Shown here piece by piece: positions 30,172-43,334 of a stretch of DNA of 64,000 nt (positions within the stretch are counted from its first letter, which is position 1; the number at the start of each line of letters is the position of its first letter). Position numbers and translations under genes: made by a program. The notes below the pieces were generated by a model that was given only the letters and a program-made list of their open reading frames with translations, made no database searches and was not told the origin of the DNA. The stretch lies in the NCBI RefSeq assembly GCF_009914755.1, contig NC_060928.1. One strand, 5' to 3'. The DNA comes from the human T2T-CHM13v2.0 reference genome, Homo sapiens.

Positions 30172-30499
30172 TACTACTTGGCTTGAATATGTCCCGCCAA
30201 AATTCATGTTGAAACTTAATCTGTAATGCAACAATATTAAGAGGTTGGGCCCTTAGGAGGTGATTTTTTTTTTGCTTTTCATTCCCTTTCTCCACGTAAA
30301 GACTCAGCGTTTGTTCCTTCCAGAAGATGCAGCAAGTAAATGCCATCTAGCAAGGAAAGAGCAGCCTTCATCAGACACCACATCTGTCAGTTACTTGGAC
30401 TTCCCAGCCTCTAGAACTGTGAGAAATAAAGTTCATTTCTTTATAAAAAATTACCCAGTCTCAAGTATTCTACTATAGCAGCATAAATGGACTAAAACA
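30172..30499 (+). mobile_element. MST-type MaLR LTR (internally deleted)
   Basis: 'ccaaaattcatgttgaaacttaatc...ttggacttcccagcctctagaactgtgagaaataaa...ttacccagtctc...aaatggactaaaaca'. Confidence 0.85.
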
Positions 30500-30589
30500 T
30501 GCATAATTTAGAGATAAGAAAACCAAAATAGCCTCAGAAGGGCAAATCAGTTATTGGCCTTAAAGATGAGGTTAAGAAATAGGGGTAAG

Positions 30590-32890
30590 AAGTTTACTCA
30601 AAGGGATAACAGAATACCCCAAACCAAGGAAAAATATGTATATCCAAGTACAAGAAGGATATAGAATACCAAGCAGAATTAACCCAAAGAAGACTACCTC
30701 AAGGCATTTAATAATCAACCTCCAAAAGGTCAATGGTAACAAAAGCATACAGCTACAAATAAAACAAAATATCTAGGAATTAACTAACCAAAGAAGTGAA
30801 AACAATCTCTACAATGCAAATTATAAAATATCTATGCAAGAAATTGAAGAGGGCATACACAAAATTCAAAGATATTTTATGTTTATGGATTGAAACTATT
30901 GAAACTATCAATATTGTTAAAATGTCCATACTACCTAAAGCAAGCTTGTTCAACCTGTGGCCCATGGGCTGCATACAGTCCAGGATGGCTTTGAATGTGG
31001 CCCAACACAATTTTGTAAACTTTCTTAAAATATTATGAGATTTTTTTGTGACTTTTTAAAAGCTCATCATCTATTGTTAGTGCTAGTGTATTTTATGTGT
31101 GGCCCAAGACAATTCTTCTTCTTCCAGTGTAGCCCAGGGAAGCCAAAAGATTAAACAGCTCTGGCCTAAAACAATCAATAGATTCAATGCAACTTCTATC
31201 AAAATACCAATAACATTCCTCACAGAGAGTAAAAACAATTCTAAAATTTATATGAAACCACAGAAGAGCAAGAATGGCCAAAGCTATCCTGAGGAAAAAG
31301 AACAAAGCTGGAGGAATCACATTATCTGACTTCAAATTATATCATAGAGCTACAGTAACGAAAACAGTATGGTGCTGGCATAAAATCAGACGTATAGATG
31401 ATGGACAGAATAGAGAACCCAGAAACAAATTCATACACCTGCAGTGAACTCATTTTTCACAAAGGTGCTAAGAATATTCACTAAGGAAAAGATAGTCCCT
31501 TAGAAAATGGTACTAGAAAAACTGCATATCCATATGCAGAAGAATGAAACTAGATCCCTATTTCTTGCCATATAGAAAAATCAAATCAAAGTGAATTAAA
31601 TGCCTAAATCTAGGACCTCAAACTATGAAACTACTATTAAGAAACATTGGAGAAACTCTCCAGGACATCTGGATTGGGCAAAGATTTCCTGAGTAATACT
31701 CCACAAGCACAGTGAACCAAAGGAAAAATAGATAAATGGAATCACATCAAGTTAAAAAGCATCTGTGCAGAAAGAAAACAATCAACAAAGTGAAGAGACA
31801 ACCCACAGAATGCAAGAAGATATCTGCAAGCTATTCATCTGACAAGGGATTAACAAGGCACTTGAACAACTCTATAGGAAAAAAAATCTAATAATCTGAC
31901 TTAAAAAAAGGACAAGTGATCTGAAGACAAGTTTCTAAAGAAGACATACAAATGGCAAACAGGTATATAAAAAGGTATTCAACATCATTTATCATTAGAG
32001 AAATGCAAATCAAAACTACAATGAACTGTCATCTCCCTCCAATAAAGATGGCTTTTATGCAGAAGACCAGCAATGACAAATGCTGGTAAGGATGTGGAGA
32101 AAGGGGAACCCTTGTACATTGTTGATGGAAATGTAAATTAGCACAACCACTATGGAGACCAGTTTGGAGGTTTCTCAGAATATGATCAGCAATCCCACTG
32201 CTAAGTATATGCCCCAAAGAAAAACAAATCAATATATCAAAGCAATATCTGCACTCTCATATTTATTGTAGCACTATTAGCAATAGCCAAAATTTGAAGC
32301 AACTTAATTACCCATAAATAGACTAATAGATAAAGAAAAAGTGGCACATATACACAGTGGAATACTATTCAGCCATAAAAAAGAATGAGATCTTGTTATT
32401 TGCAAGAACATGAATGGAACTGGAAGTTATTAGGTTAAATGAAATAAGCCAGGAACAGAAAGGGAAACTTTGCATTTTTCACTTATTTTAATGAACTGAA
32501 ACTAAAACAATTGAACTCATGGAGATAGGGAGTAGAATGTTTATGAGAGGCTGGAAAGGGTAGTTGGTGATGGGAAATGAGGGGATAGTTGACAGGTACA
32601 AAAGTATAGTTAGATAGAATTAATAAGATCGAGTATTTGCTGGCACAACAGGATGACTATAGCCAACAATAATTTATTGTACATTTAAAAATAATTAAAA
32701 GATTATAACTGGATTGTTTGCAACACAAACAAAGGACAGTTGCTTAAGGTGATGGATACCTTATTTACCCTGGTGTGATTACATACCTTGTATACCTGTG
32801 TCAAAATATCTCATGTACCCCATAAATATATATACCTATGTACCCACAACAAATATTTTAAAAATATGAAAATAAATTTTAAAAATAAAA
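30590..32890 (+). mobile_element. L1MA-type LINE: short ORF1 piece joined to the ORF2 3' part and 3'UTR
   Basis: ORF2 text (AATATTGTTAAAATGTCCATACTACC, AACAAAGCTGGAGGAATCAC, GAAATGCAAATCAAAACTACAATGA); L1MA 3'UTR ending 'atctcatgtaccccataaatatatatacc' plus A tail. Confidence 0.9.
30941..31163 (-). mobile_element. MER30 (hAT-Charlie MITE) inserted in L1
   Basis: CAAGCTTGTTCAACC...GGCCCAAGACAATTCTTCTTCTTCCAGTGTAGCCCAGGGAAGCCAAAAGATT; 8-bp TSD acctaaag/gcctaaaa with central TA. Confidence 0.92.
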
Positions 32891-32899
32891 CACCAATCT

Positions 32900-34600
32900 T
32901 AAAGATCCTCAAATATCAAAATAAAGACATGGTATAAGTCAATAAAATGACATATGAACAAAATGAAAATATCAATAAGAAGATTTTTTAAAAAATGAAA
33001 AAGAAGACAAAAAGTAATTCTGGAGCTGAAAAGTGCAATAATTGAAATAAAAATTTCATTAAAGGGATTCAAGGGCAGATTTGAGGAGGCTGAAGAAAGG
33101 ATTAACAAACTTGAAGATAGAACAATACAAAGTATTCAATGGGAGGAACAGAAATAAAAAAATATTTAAGATGAGTGAGCAGAGCTTAAGGGATCTGTGG
33201 AACATCATCACACAAGTCAACATATGCATTTTAGGAATCCAAAAGGAGTCCCAAATATATGCATTTTTCTCAGAGGAGAAAAGGAGATAGAAATAATATT
33301 TTTAAAAATAATGGTGAAACTTTCCACATTCAATAAAATACATGAACATAAACATCCAAGAAGCTCAATAAATTCCAAGTAAGATGAACTAAAAGAGATC
33401 CACAATGAAATATTTTTCACTCAAACTATTGAAAGACAAAGAGGTAATTTGGAAAGCAGCAAGAGAGAAGTGACTCATTTCATGCAAAAGATCCTAAGAA
33501 AATGAATAGATGTCTCATCCAAAATTTTGAAAGTCAGAAGTCAGTGGCCCAATATATTCAAAATGCTAAGAGAAAAAAAAAAAAGCCTGCCAAACACGAA
33601 TTCTATGTTCAGCAAAACTGTCCTTCAAAAGTAATGGAGAAATTAAGACACTCACAGAAAAACAAAAGCTGAGCAAGTTCTTTACCAATCAATGTCCCTA
33701 ATAGAATTTCTAAAAAGAATCTTGCAGGTTGAAATGAAAGGACACCAGATAGCATCTCAAAGCTGTATGAAGCAATAATGATCTCAGTAAAGGTAAATAT
33801 ATGGGCAATTACAAAATTTAGTATCTTTGTAACAATCATATATACATCTACTTTTTGTGTTCCACATGATTTAAGAGACTGATATATTAAAATATATTAA
33901 TTTCAAAGCTAGTATTATTATAACTTTGGTTTACAGCTCTGTATTTTGTTTCTGCATAATTTAAGAGATTAATGCATTAAAGGCATTAGTTTATGTTTTT
34001 GGATGCACAATTCATAGTGATGCAATTTTGTGACATCCACAACTGAAAGGGGTGAGGGCAAAGCTGTTAAAGAAGCAGAGATTTTATGTGTTATTGAAGT
34101 TAACCTGGCATAAATTCTGATTACTGTTATAACTTACGATGCTGAATATAACCATAAATAAAATAGCTAAAGAATAAACACAAAGGAAATGATAAAGAAT
34201 TTCAATGTCTCACCTGAAAAAACTCACTCAGGACAAGATAGTGATGGAGGAAATTAGGAATAACAAAGCTATAAAGCATGTAGAAAATAATAGCAAAATG
34301 TCAGAAGTCCTTTCTGATTAGTAATTACTTCACATGTAAATGAATTAAATTCTCTAATCAAAAGTCAGAGATTGGAAGAATAGGTTAAAAATAAGCAAAG
34401 AAGCAATGCCCCCTTCACCCTGGAAACCATTATCCAACTATGTGTTGTCTATAAGTAACTCATTTTAGATCTAACGACACAAATAGTTTGAAAGTGAAAA
34501 GATGAGAAAGAATATTCTATGTAAGTAGTAATTAAAAGAGAGCAGGAGTATCTATACTAATATTAGACAAAATGAACTTTAAGTCAATGCCTATCAGAGA
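32900..34600 (+). mobile_element. Older L1M 5' part (ORF1, inter-ORF region, start of ORF2 endonuclease)
   Basis: 'aattctggagctgaaaagt...ggcagatttgaggaggctgaagaaagga...gaaagcagcaagagagaag...aaatgaattaaattctctaatcaaaag...tattagacaaaat'. Confidence 0.8.
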
Positions 34601-34619
34601 CAGAATGACATAGTGGAAA

Positions 34620-35095
34620 TTGCTCTAGGACCAGATCTCAGCTGTACAACCTACAAAGCTAAATTTAATATAATGCATAATCCTAGATTGAATCTTTGGC
34701 CAAAATAGTGTTATTGTAAAGGACATGAATAGGGAGGTTGGCACAACCTAAATATGTGTTGTATGTTAGAGTGTTTTTAATATTAGATTTTTAAAATTTG
34801 GTAATTGTACTATAGTTAGGTCAAGAGAATATCCTTGTTCTTAGAAGATATATACTGAGTATTTAGAGGGCTAAGAGTCATTATACCTATAACTTACTCT
34901 CAATGGTTCAGAAGAAGAGGAACTAAAATAATGATAATATATGTGTGTGGAGAGAGAGAAACCAAATGCATAAAAATATTAAAAAGTGGTGAATCCACAT
35001 GAAGTACATATAGTGTGTTTATCCTACTATTTTTCCAATTTTCGCTTGGTGTGAAATTCTTCAAAATAAAAAAGTTGAAAAAATAAAAATGAAAA
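34620..35095 (+). mobile_element. L1MC/ME-type 3' end
   Basis: 'gagaatatccttgttcttagaagatatatactgagtatttagaggg...aacttactctcaatggttcagaa...ttcttcaaaataaaaaagtt'. Confidence 0.7.
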
Positions 35096-35311
35096 AAGAA
35101 TTGAGGCAAAAAGTGTGATTTATTATAATGTGGAATATACATATACAGTGTCTGTAATGGAAATATGTTATTGAGTGAATGCTTACAATTTCTGGTGAAA
35201 TATATATTTTACATTATCTACCAGAATACCTAGACATATTCATGCATATGTACATATGAAATGGAAACAAGTTGCAAAAAACAATACTTATTCCTATTCT
35301 AACTTGTCTAC

Positions 35312-35397
35312 TGTATTGTATTGTATTGTATTATATTGTATTGTATTGTGTTGTGTTGTGTTGTATTGTATTGTATTGTACTACATTGCATTATATT
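35312..35397. repeat. (TATTG)n pentanucleotide microsatellite
   Basis: tgtattgtattgtatt... with variant units. Confidence 0.92.
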
Positions 35398-35409
35398 AGG
35401 TTTCCTTTT

Positions 35410-35490
35410 TCAAAATCTTTTCTATGCCATCCACTGAACTGGTTCTGTAATCCACTCATAGATCACAAACCACGGTTTGAAAATCATGGT
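35410..35490. mobile_element. hAT-Charlie DNA transposon terminus (tentative)
   Basis: 'ccactgaactggtt...ccactcatagatcacaaaccacggtttgaaaatcatg' resembles a Charlie-type end (...cagtttgaaaaacactg). Confidence 0.45.
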
Positions 35491-36261
35491 TTTGTGTATC
35501 ACATGAAAATCCATGTGATACACTGTGAATATCTGGCAAGACATTAAGTATGAGAAGAATTTAGAGGCAGGTGGAATTACACAGACTGTGGTAATCTGAT
35601 ATATTTTCACCAATGAGAGGGAATTAACGTTGTTTTATCAAGGAAGATACAGTTTATAACAGGTGTACTCATATACAAGCTGAATAGTATATTGGTCCTC
35701 TTGAATTTGATGCTTTTTTTTAGTAATCAGTATAGTTACACTATAGTGAATAGGAAGTAATAGTTTGGTAGAAAGTTGCATAAAAGTTTCATATATTGAT
35801 TCCTAAATTAATAGATAAGATTTAATTCTAATTACATGGATTTCAGTTAATGTAAGTTTTGCTGCATTAAGCATTTGTTTATGTATCATGGCATACTAAT
35901 AGAGATCAAATTATAGACACAGTTCCCAAGAACTCACCATTCTTCTTTATATGAGATAACTCTAAAAACTATATCCCTCATAATAAATATTGTGAATGTA
36001 TTCTAAACTTACCATGGGCTAGCCTGTGTTTCAAGTGACATATAAGCATCACCTCATTTAAATCCACAAATGACTCTATGTGGTGATTTCTATTATTAAA
36101 CTTAATTTACAGTCAAGAAACTGAAGCTCACAGAGGTGCAGCTCCTGCATAACTCTATGCAGCTAGTACATGATGAAGTCAGGATCGGAACCTAAGTCTC
36201 TTTCAATCCAATGTCTAACTGCAAAAATCTTAAACAATATAAAATAAGATGGAAGATGCCT

Positions 36262-36416
36262 GAATGGATTCCCTCCAAGCTTCTGTAGGAAATGTGATCC
36301 TGCCAATACCTTGATTTCGGACTTCTAGCACCAGATCTGTGAAAACATAAATTACCATTGTTTCAAGCCACCCAGTGTGTGATCGTTTGTTATGGCAGCC
36401 CTAGGAAACCACTATA
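36262..36416 (+). mobile_element. MLT1 LTR 3' fragment
   Basis: 'cctgccaataccttgatttcggacttctag...tttcaagccacccagtgtgtg...tgttatggcagccctaggaaac'. Confidence 0.8.
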
Positions 36417-37774
36417 AGCAGCGTGACAAAAATAGGGACATTAATTCAATAATCAAGATTTTCTTACAAACTGAGTGAGGGGAAGTTTGAGTATTTAGGG
36501 AGAAAATGTGAGGTTTAGGAAGCACAACTTCCAAAAAAATTACTCATACCTGTATTACTGAATGGCTAGGTGCAAACTGAATATTCACTGTCCAATCCAA
36601 TAAAATTTTGTACATAATACTGATAAAAAATATATGTCTCTTTGTTGAGCTAGTGCTTCGCATCACATATAATTCAATAACAACGTGGCTATTGATTCTT
36701 GAATAAGTTCTATAGCAGAGATTAATCGTGGCTTTGTTTCATGTGCACCTGGTGACCAAGGAAAAATAATTACAGCAGGCCAAGTCATCAGAGTCATTAC
36801 TGCCAGGGTGCCAGCCCAGAAGCAGGGGCAAGCTGACATTGAGCCATGAGCAGTGTAAGTAAGATGGAAAGCCTTGACTCTCTCCCTAGCTGCACTCAGT
36901 GGTCCAAATCCAATAACACAAGCACACCCAGCAAGGGGCATCACAATTCCAAAGCACTCACTGGGTCAAATCAAAAGAAGGAGTTGGGATAGATGCTTAT
37001 AATTCTGGGATCCCATGCAAGAATGGAGTCTTGGAGTCAACGGATCTAATTTTTTACACACACAAAAAAATTGATTGTTAAATATTCACAAATAATTCAA
37101 TGAAATAACACTGTGCAGGTTGTACAGAGAACATCCGCAGGCTATATACAGCTTGGTGGAGCACAGAGAGTTCTCCTATTAAATATATTTCTCTTTCCAG
37201 TTGGGTCTGAGGGCAGCAGGACTCAGGGAATGAATATAGAAGGCAGAGTTAGGTTAAGAATCTTAACCTTTGTCATCTGCAGGTGGCATTCTGTTCTACA
37301 GAGCTGAGCTCCACTAGAATACATTGGCATAGTTAGCAGGTTAAAGAAACCAAACCAAAAACCAAATACTCTTGGTATCAAAGAGAAGACAGGCAGGGAG
37401 GGACTAGCCTAACTGATTAGCCATCTACAGTCCATAAGATTAAGGGAGACTGAGAAAATTTCTTGTTCTCTTTCCTTAAAGTATAAGAATTTGCATGGTT
37501 AAAGTCTAGACTACTTTTTAATTCATTTATTATTATGGCTGGAAATTTTAATATTCTGCCAGAATTGTTTCTCACTTTCCTAGGGTTGAATGAGGCTGAA
37601 TCTTACTTAGGTGGCTACTCTCATTGCTTATAATAGGAAAAGGGCTGAAATAAGTAGGGACTGGTAATTTGTGATAAATTAAATGAAAATTTAGTCCTTA
37701 GAGTTGTGTTGTCTCGTACAGGAACCACTGGCCATCTTTGTTAATGCTTGTGATGAAGCCAGGATTTAAAGTAC

Positions 37775-38072
37775 TTGTGAGTCATATGGAACTATTAAGC
37801 CCTTGGATGTAGCTGGTCCAAATTGAGATGTGCTGTTAATAAATACATGCTGGATTTCAAAGACTTATTACAAAAGAAAAAAAGAAAAGGAAAAAAGTCA
37901 AATATCTTATGTTGAGATAAAAGTATTTTTGCACACATTGGGTTAAACAGAATATGTTATTAAAATTACTTTCACCTGTTTCCTTTTACTGTTTGTAATG
38001 TCACTACAAAATTTACAATTACATGCATGACCTGCATCTGGGCTCACATTTATTTCTGTTGGACAAGACTAC
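37775..38072. mobile_element. MER33-type hAT-Charlie DNA transposon
   Basis: 'aaattgagatgtgctgt...ggatttcaaagactta...ttgggttaaa...ttattaaaattactttcacctgtttccttttact...tttctgttggaca'. Confidence 0.8.
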
Positions 38073-39859
38073 TTTAGAGGATCGTGAGTTAGTTACCATT
38101 TGATATGGAAACTTAATTTGCTCGTTAACGAGCAAATGTTTCTCTTGGTAGCTGGATAAAATAACGTGATGTAGAACAAAGTACTGTTTAGTTTGCTGGA
38201 ATTAGGCAAACAATATGACCTCATGAACATGCCTTTTACGGGGTAGGTATTTCTTATAAATATTTGTTCCAAATACTGTGAGTCAAATGCCAGAACAGGA
38301 GGTAGCTGATGAATGCCTGTCAAAGCAATCTTCACTTAGATGAGAGAGCATAATTCTAAATCATAGCCCAAATTATAACTGCATGCTGCATTAGCCATCC
38401 TAATCTGCATAGTATATTTTCTATAATGAATTTCCATGTGATAACACCAAGTCCAGATGTAGCATTAGGATGATCAGTAAGCTTTTTAGATCAATTTATT
38501 ATGGATGAAAGAGGCATTTGTCTATTCCTCACACAATTTAATTTGCATTCTCTTTCTAGAAATCTTAAAAACCCAAGAAAAGGAACTGTAATAGACATTA
38601 AACCAATTCAAAGATGTAAGCCCTTAGTTTCCTCATGTAACATGGCTGTGTTTTGAATAGAAATGGAGGTATTAATTTGGAAAGAAAGTGTAAATTTTGC
38701 TTGGTGATGAAGGAAATATTGGAGTTTATGCTCTTTGGGCTAATGGAGAATCATTTGTCAGAAAATTATTGTTTCTAACCAGAAATCCAAATATTGTCAA
38801 TTTGAATTTAAATTATAGAAAGGATTGCTATATCCTATGAATACAGGAATTTAAATAAGTGTCATTAGTAAGACATGCATAATGTTCTTAGTCTTATCCT
38901 ATAAATAGTGCTATTGGGGTGTGTGTGTGTAATTTTCATGATCCAATGGCATTTGTTAAATGTCCTTTATGTGCACACAATATTAGTTTGTGTTAAAATG
39001 ATAGAATAACACACATTTTTTTGAATTATAAACTTTTAAGATTGGAAGGAAAAGAGCCTATAGTCCAGTCCTCTGCCCAGAAGTGTATAGTGCACTGACA
39101 CCATCCCCAGAGTTTTATTATCAGGTACCTCTGCCTCAAACTTCTAGCCTTAAGTAATTCAGAATCTCATGTAGAACATTCGCATTTTACAATCTCTTGA
39201 AATTTTCAGACATTTCCAGTTGTCAGCCGTGGTCATCTTTATACAATTCCAGATTCTACTTCCCTAAAATATAGATGTGTAGGGAAGTATCTCGTGCTGT
39301 CAGACATGCTTCATTCCTGGTAGTTCAGAGCAACACTCAATACTTACTTTTGAATGAGTAGTATGAAAATTATAAAAAGTCATCCTCTTACCTATCATCT
39401 TACCTAATCAGGTGATGCAATATTCTACTCTGAAGTCTCAAGGCTAATAGCTTGAGAAGGTTTTGTAGTATGAGGTTGTGTAGTAGGTAAGAATTTGGAC
39501 TATGGTGTAGAGAGACTTAGATGAATATTTCTTAGCATTTTTACTGGTTCTTTGACCTGAGACAATTTATTTAACTTCCATTAGAGAAGCCCTGCTTTTA
39601 TATATTCCATGCATTGGCATATGGAATCAGATTTCATTTGCTAAGTGAGTTATTCTTTTTTAAAAAATTCAGAGTGTACTAAGCAAACTCCTTACTTCAC
39701 CAAAATGACCAGCTCTACAGAATCTGTAAAAGATAAACAGAAGAAAAGGAAAACTCTGATTATCCTTAGGGATATTGTCATTAAGTTTAGAAAATAAAAT
39801 ATATTCACATGGAAGGATAGCTGATTGATGTGTACCAGAGGAATGATATTAAAGAGCTG

Positions 39860-40075
39860 GGGAGTGTGGTGGTTAAGAACATGGGCCCTGGAGCCAGGCT
39901 GACTGGTTCATGTGCCCACTTTATAACTTATAGCTTAGGTCTTGGGCAAGCTACTTAATCTTCCTGAGCCTCATCTATAAACCAGGGATAATAACAGTAC
40001 TAGACAGTATTATGAGAATTAAATGACATAATATGTATGAAGTTTTTGATCAGTGCTGGTTGTATAGTAGGCATT
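39860..40075 (+). mobile_element. MIR SINE
   Basis: 'gtggttaagaacatgggccctggagccaggctgactgg...cttgggcaagctacttaatcttcctgagcctcatctataaa...gggataataacagta'. Confidence 0.85.
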
Positions 40076-43000
40076 GATTAATTATACTTTCATACCTATA
40101 TTAATGCAGAAAGGAAAGAATATTTTTATGCAGTGAAGAGCATGGATAAAGGAGGTCCAAGTGTGGTTAGTAATTGTTCAGATCCACGTGGGTAGCCTGT
40201 GTGCTTATGCCAATCTTGAAGCACAACTCTAGTCTTTGATACAGTTCAGAGCCACTTGATCCCCCACAAGACATACACGAGAAACTGATATTTTCCTAAA
40301 ACAGTGTGAGGAGATTCAAAAGAAGGTTCAGGACACTTTACATAACCGAACATCATGGATCGCTCTTTGATCCACTCTTTTCTTCAAATCTCTTTCTGAT
40401 GTTAATCACCTTATCCATGGCTTCTCTGGCAGCATTGGTTCTACCATCCTTCTCCTGGTAGACCCGAACATATTACCTCAACTCAGAGTCTCAAGATGCT
40501 TCTAGTTCACAGCCTCACATTCACAATTCTGCTCAGCAACAAAAGAATCTACTTCAGAAATTCTACTCATTAGATGGAGAAGAGGCGGCTAGAAAGTATT
40601 TCCCCTCTGAAAAATCAAAAAGAAGCCAATGGAGGAAAGTGTGATCTCACTACCAAGCAATGTCAGAGGACTAACGTTGGATAAGAATGCCTGATAAAAA
40701 CTGTTGGACTTTTTTCAGTAGGTGCAAGAAACCATTACAAACCTTTTGGATAAGGGAAATAAAGAATAAACACAATCTTTCTGAAGAGAACCTACTTGTG
40801 TTGGTAAAAAAAAAAAAAAAAAAATCAGAACTGGAATCAGAACATCTAAGTTTCTGTGATTTGACCTTTAGAAAATCACCTTGTCTTTGAGATTTATTTC
40901 TCCATCTTCACACAATGTGGAGAAAGGCTTGAGTTAAAAGACAATTTATTTTTCTTTTTGAATCAGAAATCCCAAATCCTAAAGTAGTTCATCAGATGTC
41001 ACACCATCCATTAGAGTCAGAGCTGAGATTTTAAAAAGACTTGAGTTCTGGAGGCTGCAGACTCTATAGTGCTTAAGAGTGAAAGTGTTTCATTTCTAAA
41101 TTGACATTTTCATGACTAGCTAGAGTGATTAGATCCCCCTTTGTAGATTTTCCTTCATAGTATGCCAATCAAGGTTGAATTGATCGTGTTACTCTTTTAT
41201 GCAAACTTTCATGGGATCTTCCCCTTCTTTTGGGGTCCGACCTTTGTCCCTGCTGTCTTCTCTGCAAACCATCTTGTCTTTCTAGGTAAAGGTTTAAGAA
41301 TAAAGAAACGTATGGATGAGCACCTTGTCTGTGCTGAGCTAGGTCCACACAGAGATAACCACATCTGAAAGTGAAAGGAACTGAGTTTTATAGATTTCTG
41401 AATTAGAATTTGGAAAAATGAAGTGACTTATTGAATTACTGGAGAAATGGCTTAATCAAAGTCTAGGGAATACTCATTTGGATGATTTAACTATTTTTTA
41501 AAGTACAGAAAAGTGATCACTATGAAATTTAGGATAATGGTTACTTAGGGGAGGATGAGAGATGAAAAGGATATGACAGGAATGTAGCTCTTGAAAGTGG
41601 CTTTTCTAATAATCAGCAAAAGGCTATTTCTTGCCTTTGTTAGTTTCTATTAATAGTAATTAATTAAGCTATACATTTGCCTTTTGTGGTTATCCGCATT
41701 TATGTTTTAGTTTACAGTAGAAAGAGTGTGACAGTTATCCAAAACTCATCAGGAATTTTGGTGTTTGTGGTATAGGTAGAATTTGAAACCAATGATGAGT
41801 CTACAAAGACTCAGAAGCATTCTGCCACTCCAGGCAGTAAAAAGGTGCAGCTTAAAGTATTAAAAACTTTGGTCACCAAAACTTTAAAAAACCCCACAGA
41901 TGTTCTCTGTCATCATTCTTCAATTTCTAATTTGATTTCAGGGAGGCAATATAAAAAATAATCTTACTTTTAAAGATACAATTAAATAATGAGTAGTAAT
42001 TCCACTAAATTAGTCACTGCTTACTATTAAAAAAAATAAAATGCCATTTGCCAGAAACTGCTTTTTGAGTAAAATAACTCAAATGATATTCATTCACAAT
42101 GCCATACCAGATACCCATTGGTCCACTATGTTAAACTTTTTATTTGTGTTCTCTTGGGTATTCAGTAACTACATGATAAAGAGGTCTAAGTGGCTTAGGC
42201 AGCTTTGTTCTGAGCTGTCAGCTCTTTCACAGTAAACTTGTGCAAAGACCTTTATTTCATTTCTACACCCTGTAGTGCTTGAGAGAGACCTAAAAGTGAA
42301 GAATAGATTTTACATTCTCTTGAAGTTCATGATTACCCTGCTGTTTAAAAAACATTTTTAATATAGGAGACCATTAATTACTAGGATTCTGATTATAACT
42401 GCCTAGTCTCGGAATTGATGAACAAAGCCATTTTAGAAAGCAATCAATTTGAAATCTAATTTGTTGGCGAAATGAACCATATAAACAAAATGCCACTCGC
42501 AGTTTGTCTAAAATGAGATGTGCTTAACGAGCCCATCGTCTTCTGTGATCCTCATCACTATGGGTCTCAGCTACCTCAAATGTCATCAGTCAGATCCAGC
42601 CCACAGAAAGCTGGAACAGAACACTGCACTATGAGCAGACTAAAATGGGAAACAGATGGCTTTGCAATCCCTGCAGGGTGACTTTTGGGGGCAGCTCTGG
42701 GGTGAAAGCAGAGTGGCTACTAAGATCAACAAAGTGCTGTAACACACTCATCTGCCCTGTGTCATCCACCAGAAGTAGCTGGGATGGTTTAAGGTAACTC
42801 ATTCCATTCACATGTGTTCAGAATACAAAAGATAAAAATGCAAATAATTATATTTAGAAAAGAGGATCTGAATTCTTTCTTATGAAATACACACACACTC
42901 ACACACATATATGTGTAAAACATACATATATAAAATGTATAATGTTTATGTGTGTGTAAATATATACATTTATATGTATGTAGAGAGAGAAAGAGAGAAA

Positions 43001-43229
43001 TACATCAAAAGGCAACTGATAGGCTCTATTGTAGAAACTGTGCTTTGCACAAAGTTTGGTATAGCACTCCCTTCTTTTTCATTGTTTAAAGAAAAAAATG
43101 CGTATAAGTCTTACTGGGTCATCTTTGATGGAATTACTTCATGGTCCTAAGACATTGTAAATTCTTAAATGGATCATAAGAGAACTATCAGTGTGTATGA
43201 GTTAAAGTCTTAGAGTTAAACTTGTTTTC

Positions 43230-43334
43230 TTTTTTTTTATTTTTTATCTTTTCTATTTAGCTAGGATGGTCTTGATCTCCTAACTTCGTGATCTGCCCAC
43301 CTCGGCCTCCCAAAGTGCTAAGATTACAGGCGTG
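43230..43334 (-). mobile_element. AluY-like remnant: ~78 nt of left arm plus A-rich tail, TSD-flanked
   Basis: Minus strand CACGCCTGTAATC...GATCACGAAGTTAGGAGATCAAGACCATCCTAGCTAA plus A-rich tail; TSD aacttgttttc (43219-43229 / 43335-43345). Confidence 0.88.
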
